40,000 nucleotides of DNA from Candidatus Altimarinota bacterium. GTDB taxonomy: Bacteria > Patescibacteriota > Gracilibacteria > CAIRYL01 > GCA-016699755. The DNA is taken from contig JAOARU010000005.1 of NCBI GenBank assembly GCA_025210675.1, forward strand, positions 1 through 40,000, written 5' to 3'. The notes beneath the pieces are model-generated. The model was not told where the DNA came from. It saw only the letters and a program-made list of their open reading frames with translations, and made no database searches. Position numbers and translations under genes: made by a program. Numbering within the stretch: the stretch's first letter is position 1; each line of letters opens with the position of its first letter. Positions 36,946 through 40,000 of the stretch are shown here, piece after piece.

Positions 36946-37002
36946 ATTTAATCAAAAAGCTGTATGTTATTTTGCATTAAAAAAATTTTTTAGACAATAG
37001 AA

Positions 37003-37030
37003 AACAAAAAAAAGCCCGCTGATGCGGGCT
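37003..37030 (-). terminator. GC-rich intrinsic terminator after the 183-aa gene
   Basis: On the minus-strand RNA, agcccgc-atca-gcgggct is followed by tttttttt. Confidence 0.75.
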
Positions 37031-37035
37031 AACAA

Positions 37036-37587
37036 TTAACGAACATCTATCTTTACACCTTGCCCCACAAGCCATTCTACAAGTTTCGGATTTTCTGAAA
37101 TTAGATTAGCCAAATCCTCATTAAATGCTTGACCTATCTCGCTTTGATTACCATCATAAGAAAGTCCTGCCATACCCAATCCCATGACTTCAGCTGGCTG
37201 AATATCATGACGACCTGATGGCTCCATGTCCCCATCTGCGATACCCACATTTACTTGTTCCATCTTATCCTTCATGTCTGACTGATTCAAAACACCTACT
37301 GCTAATACCAACCCTGCCATAGCTGCAACCATTGCAGTGTTTTTATTAAAAATTAACCTAAATCCTCCATCTTGAATAGCATCATCAAGAAATCTAGTAA
37401 TCCTCTCTCTGATATTAAGAGTTTTTAACAAAACATCATTTTGCCTACTTCTAAGAATGCCTCTCAAGTTTACTGTATCAACTCCCCTAGACACTTCACC
37501 CATTATAGATCCAAATTGTTTAGCCTCAGCAGGTTTAGACTGATAATCTTCTAGCACTGTTCTTGTTTTTTCATACAATCTTTCCAT
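37036..37587 (-). CDS. Hypothetical protein (183 aa) with one central hydrophobic segment
   Basis: ORF track. The hydrophobic stretch is AMVAAMAGLVLAVGVL and a strong terminator lies downstream. No domain recognised. Confidence 0.5.
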   Translation of the reverse strand: MERLYEKTRTVLEDYQSKPAEAKQFGSIMGEVSRGVDTVNLRGILRSRQNDVLLKTLNIRERITRFLDDAIQDGGFRLIFNKNTAMVAAMAGLVLAVGVLNQSDMKDKMEQVNVGIADGDMEPSGRHDIQPAEVMGLGMAGLSYDGNQSEIGQAFNEDLANLISENPKLVEWLVGQGVKIDVR

Positions 37588-37674
37588 ATTATTAATAAAA
37601 AATGAGGGAATAAAAAATTATCTAAAAAAATAAACTAAGAAATTTTTTAAATAATCTGTCAATTAAAAATTATA

Positions 37675-37691
37675 CATAATTTGCAATTATG
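37675..37691. promoter_or_regulatory. Perfect 7-bp inverted repeat (cataatt-tgc-aattatg), operator-like, upstream of the 183-aa gene
   Basis: The palindrome was read directly. It is flanked by two tgtcaat direct repeats (37657-63 and 37690-96). Confidence 0.3.
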
Positions 37692-37894
37692 TCAATAAAA
37701 AATATATTATAAAATATTAAAGGCTTTAAGTACAATCAAAATACTTGTATTTAAAAATACGATGTGTATAATAAAAAGAAATCTTTTGAAGCGGAGAAAA
37801 TATATTTGCTCTACGATCCCAACCAATAAAAAATATTTGCACACTAGGTCGCATAGAAGACAAATAAACTATCCCTTACTAAGGATTCAAACAA

Positions 37895-37925
37895 AAACCC
37901 CTTCACATGAAGAGGTTTTTTTGTA
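37895..37925. terminator. Bidirectional hairpin terminator downstream of the DUF134 gene
   Basis: aaaaaccccttc-acat-gaagaggttttttt has 6 of 7 stem pairs, with an A run and a T run on opposite sides. Confidence 0.6.
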
Positions 37926-37933
37926 GCTCAAAA

Positions 37934-38206
37934 TTAATCAATCTTAATAGAACGCCCATCAACAATCGCATCTGCCAATTTGCCTCTAGCACTTTTTAAG
38001 ATACGGTGCATTGTTGACTTACTGATACCCATTTTAGATGATGCATCTTGAAGCTTCATGCCTTGTTTTTCGACTATTCGTATAGCCTCGAATTCATCAC
38101 AAGAAAGCACAACAGGATCTTTCTTGCTGTTTTTTACCTCAAAAAACCCCGCACTTACTTTTCCTTTGATGATTCTTTTCACTCTTTGCGCTATCATATC
38201 CCCCAT
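37934..38206 (-). CDS. DUF134 (UPF0251) family small HTH DNA-binding protein (90 aa)
   Basis: VVLSCDEFEAIRIVEKQGMKLQDASSKMGISKSTMHRILKSARGKLADAIVDG matches the DUF134 sigma70-region-4-like HTH pattern. A strong SD (GGTGGAGG) lies 6 nt before the ATG, which is unusual in this window. Confidence 0.75.
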   Translation of the reverse strand: MGDMIAQRVKRIIKGKVSAGFFEVKNSKKDPVVLSCDEFEAIRIVEKQGMKLQDASSKMGISKSTMHRILKSARGKLADAIVDGRSIKID

Positions 38207-38283
38207 AAAAAACCTCCACCAAAATTATATACCATTACACAAAAAAGGCAAATTTCCTTATCATGCAATCAGGATTTTAATTA

Positions 38284-39159
38284 TTAATAATTTTGATCTA
38301 GATGCCCAGGAAAAGATGCATAAGGATATTTTTTACGTAGTTTTTTTAAAATTTTTGTATCAATACTTGAAAATACATTCATCATGATGTAATCAAAATC
38401 ACACTTAAAGATACCATCAGGATCAATTTCCCTAATTTCATCTGAATTTCTATAGAAAACACCATCCATAATACCGACAATATCTCTTTTAAGAATTCCC
38501 TTAACAGTATGTAGCCTTTCTGGAGAAAAATCTTTTTCATCATTTGTCAACATGCTAAAAGCATAAAGCACTTTATACATCAAATTTTTTCTAAAATTAG
38601 CTTTTTCATATAAATCCCATTCATCTAAATGACGCAGTTTCTTATTAGAAATACCTCTAGTTAATTGCCCAAGATACTGATTTTCAACTATATCCAGAAA
38701 AGCATCTATCAAATCCAAATTAGACAAAGCTTGATTTAACCCCCTAGACAAATCAGCTCCCTCATTTTTACCAAAAAGTATTTCTATTTCTACTAATTTA
38801 CCTATTTTTTCATCAAATACCGTATCTGTCTCTCTTTCTTCTGGAGAAATAAATCTCAAAAACAACTCTCTTAAATCCCTATCAACCTCACCTCTAGCCT
38901 CATTCATAAGCTTTGCATGAGCTCCTATAGAGCCCTTTATCTCAGTATTTGCATCTACACCATAAACAGAAATAGCCTTCAATGAACCTCTCTGAACAAC
39001 ATCCATAACAGCAGCACTAGTAATCCCTATTGGGTGCGCAACTTCTGCAAACATAGGCTCAGGCGGTGCAGTTTCTGCGAACATAGGCTTAGGCGGTGCA
39101 GCTTCTGCCTTAACAATAGCATCATCTGGGGTCACTCTTCCTTTTAGAGCTTCATTCAT
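38284..39159 (-). CDS. Hypothetical protein (291 aa) with an N-terminal tandem PPxPMFAE repeat
   Basis: ORF track. The repeat is described separately. No domain recognised. Confidence 0.5.
   Translation of the reverse strand: MNEALKGRVTPDDAIVKAEAAPPKPMFAETAPPEPMFAEVAHPIGITSAAVMDVVQRGSLKAISVYGVDANTEIKGSIGAHAKLMNEARGEVDRDLRELFLRFISPEERETDTVFDEKIGKLVEIEILFGKNEGADLSRGLNQALSNLDLIDAFLDIVENQYLGQLTRGISNKKLRHLDEWDLYEKANFRKNLMYKVLYAFSMLTNDEKDFSPERLHTVKGILKRDIVGIMDGVFYRNSDEIREIDPDGIFKCDFDYIMMNVFSSIDTKILKKLRKKYPYASFPGHLDQNY
39043..39109. repeat. Tandem 30-nt direct repeat, about 2.2 copies, in frame within the 291-aa gene
   Basis: Copy 1 is ttctgcaaacataggctcaggcggtgcagt (39043-39072) and copy 2 is ttctgcgaacataggcttaggcggtgcagc (39073-39102), followed by the partial copy ttctgcc. 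The repeat encodes AAPPKPMFAE/TAPPEPMFAE. Confidence 0.85.
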
Positions 39160-39272
39160 TTGTTTTTTAATAAAAGCAACTCTCTTTGTATCAAAATCTT
39201 ATACAATATGCAATCTTAATTATACTACCGGAAAACAATCAAAAAGCTTTGGCAAGCGAAAAATGCTACACT

Positions 39273-39668
39273 TTATAAATTATCAATCAATTCATCAAAA
39301 TTCAAAAGAGGATGACTTCTTTGAATTAAAAACTCTGACAAAAACTTAATTGTAAGCATAACCGTTTGCATTAACCTCTCTATTTGATCTAATTCTTTAA
39401 TCATTCCCAGCTCTTGCATCATTTCTCTTGCATGAGCAACAAGATTTGACAACTGACAAGCTAAATTAATTACATCTGAATCCAATACATAATCCTTTTC
39501 ACCCTTTATGGCCAACTCACCAATAGTCATAGTCAAGACCTCATTGAGCTTTTTATAAATACAAGACCTCAAAGCATCTATATCAAAAACACCATCACTA
39601 TATATTTCATTATAAAGTAAAGCGGCTATTGCGTTGGAATCCTTTAATTCTGGCTGTTTTTCTATCAT
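39273..39668 (-). CDS. Hypothetical protein (131 aa)
   Basis: ORF track only. No domain recognised. Confidence 0.45.
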   Translation of the reverse strand: MIEKQPELKDSNAIAALLYNEIYSDGVFDIDALRSCIYKKLNEVLTMTIGELAIKGEKDYVLDSDVINLACQLSNLVAHAREMMQELGMIKELDQIERLMQTVMLTIKFLSEFLIQRSHPLLNFDELIDNL

Positions 39669-39700
39669 ATATGGTAAAATAAATCTGTTTTGACTCTAAG

Positions 39701-40000
39701 ATGAAAATCCTACAAAAAATTAAACAATTTGTAAACATAAACAAAAATCCAATTATTAATATCATAGGAACAACAGCCAGCGGCAAAACTGCCCTATCTG
39801 TCAAAATAGCCCATGAAATAAACGGAGAAATCATTAATGCAGATTCACGTCAAGTATTTAAAGGACTTGATATAGCCACATACAAAATCAAACCACAAGA
39901 AACAAAGGGCATACCACACTATTTATTTTCTTTTATTGAACCAGATCAGCTATTTACACTTGCTGAATGGCAAGACCTAGCTACAAACAAAGCTTTTGAA
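39701..40000 (+). CDS. miaA: tRNA dimethylallyltransferase MiaA, N-terminal part (runs off the window)
   Basis: Hand translation from the ATG at 39701 gives MKILQKIKQFVNINKNPIINIIGTTASGKTALSVKIAHEINGEIINADSRQVFKGLDIATYKI...GIPHYLF. This has the P-loop GTTASGKT and the ADSRQV/Y motif of MiaA. It is not in the ORF track because no stop falls inside the window. Confidence 0.9.
   Translation, partial: MKILQKIKQFVNINKNPIINIIGTTASGKTALSVKIAHEINGEIINADSRQVFKGLDIATYKIKPQETKGIPHYLFSFIEPDQLFTLAEWQDLATNKAFE

Noticed and set aside
1-40000. Alternative genetic code (UGA recoding as in Gracilibacteria/SR1) and CRISPR arrays.
   Set aside because: All conserved genes are full length under the standard code, with no in-frame TGA problem. 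I saw no array of regularly spaced direct repeats anywhere in the window.

Overview
AT-rich, tightly packed bacterial window in standard genetic code (long ORFs are intact, so no UGA recoding). About 60% of it is recognisable housekeeping genes, mostly on the minus strand: folD (partial), purF, tRNA-Arg(CCU), a ferredoxin/DUF1858 pair, a pseudouridine synthase, tRNA-Ala(UGC), glnA, aspS, pyrG, ridA, carA, hisS, metG, ftsA-ftsZ, ilvB-ilvN-(NUDIX)-(RRM)-ilvC, priA, pilT, trxB-dnaA and miaA (partial). The gene set (PrgI-like/VirB4-N pair, lamin-tail-domain secreted protein, pilT, many small orphan ORFs, almost no Shine-Dalgarno sequences) suggests a small-genome lineage such as CPR/Patescibacteria. 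That is an inference only. I found no CRISPR array, transposase, integrase, reverse transcriptase or known defence gene. Six stretches are not explained by ordinary annotation. (1) A roughly 0.3 kb GC-rich, hairpin-dense island at 31.0-31.3 kb between priA and pilT, closed by a terminal helix; I could not fit it to RNase P, SRP, tmRNA or 6S. (2) A roughly 0.54 kb ORF-free region at 22.38-22.92 kb that is strongly C>G asymmetric, carries 10 or more spaced CUCC/GGAG motifs, and holds a 38-aa ORF with one of the few perfect SD sites in the window. (3) Scrambled tRNA-Ala fragments downstream of the intact tRNA-Ala. (4) An orphan VirB3/PrgI-like plus ATPase-less VirB4-N-like gene pair. (5) A four-gene orphan cluster with a DUF134-type HTH protein. 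(6) dnaA fused by an 8-nt overlap to trxB, with no dnaN and no visible DnaA-box region. All functional readings of these six are hypotheses.
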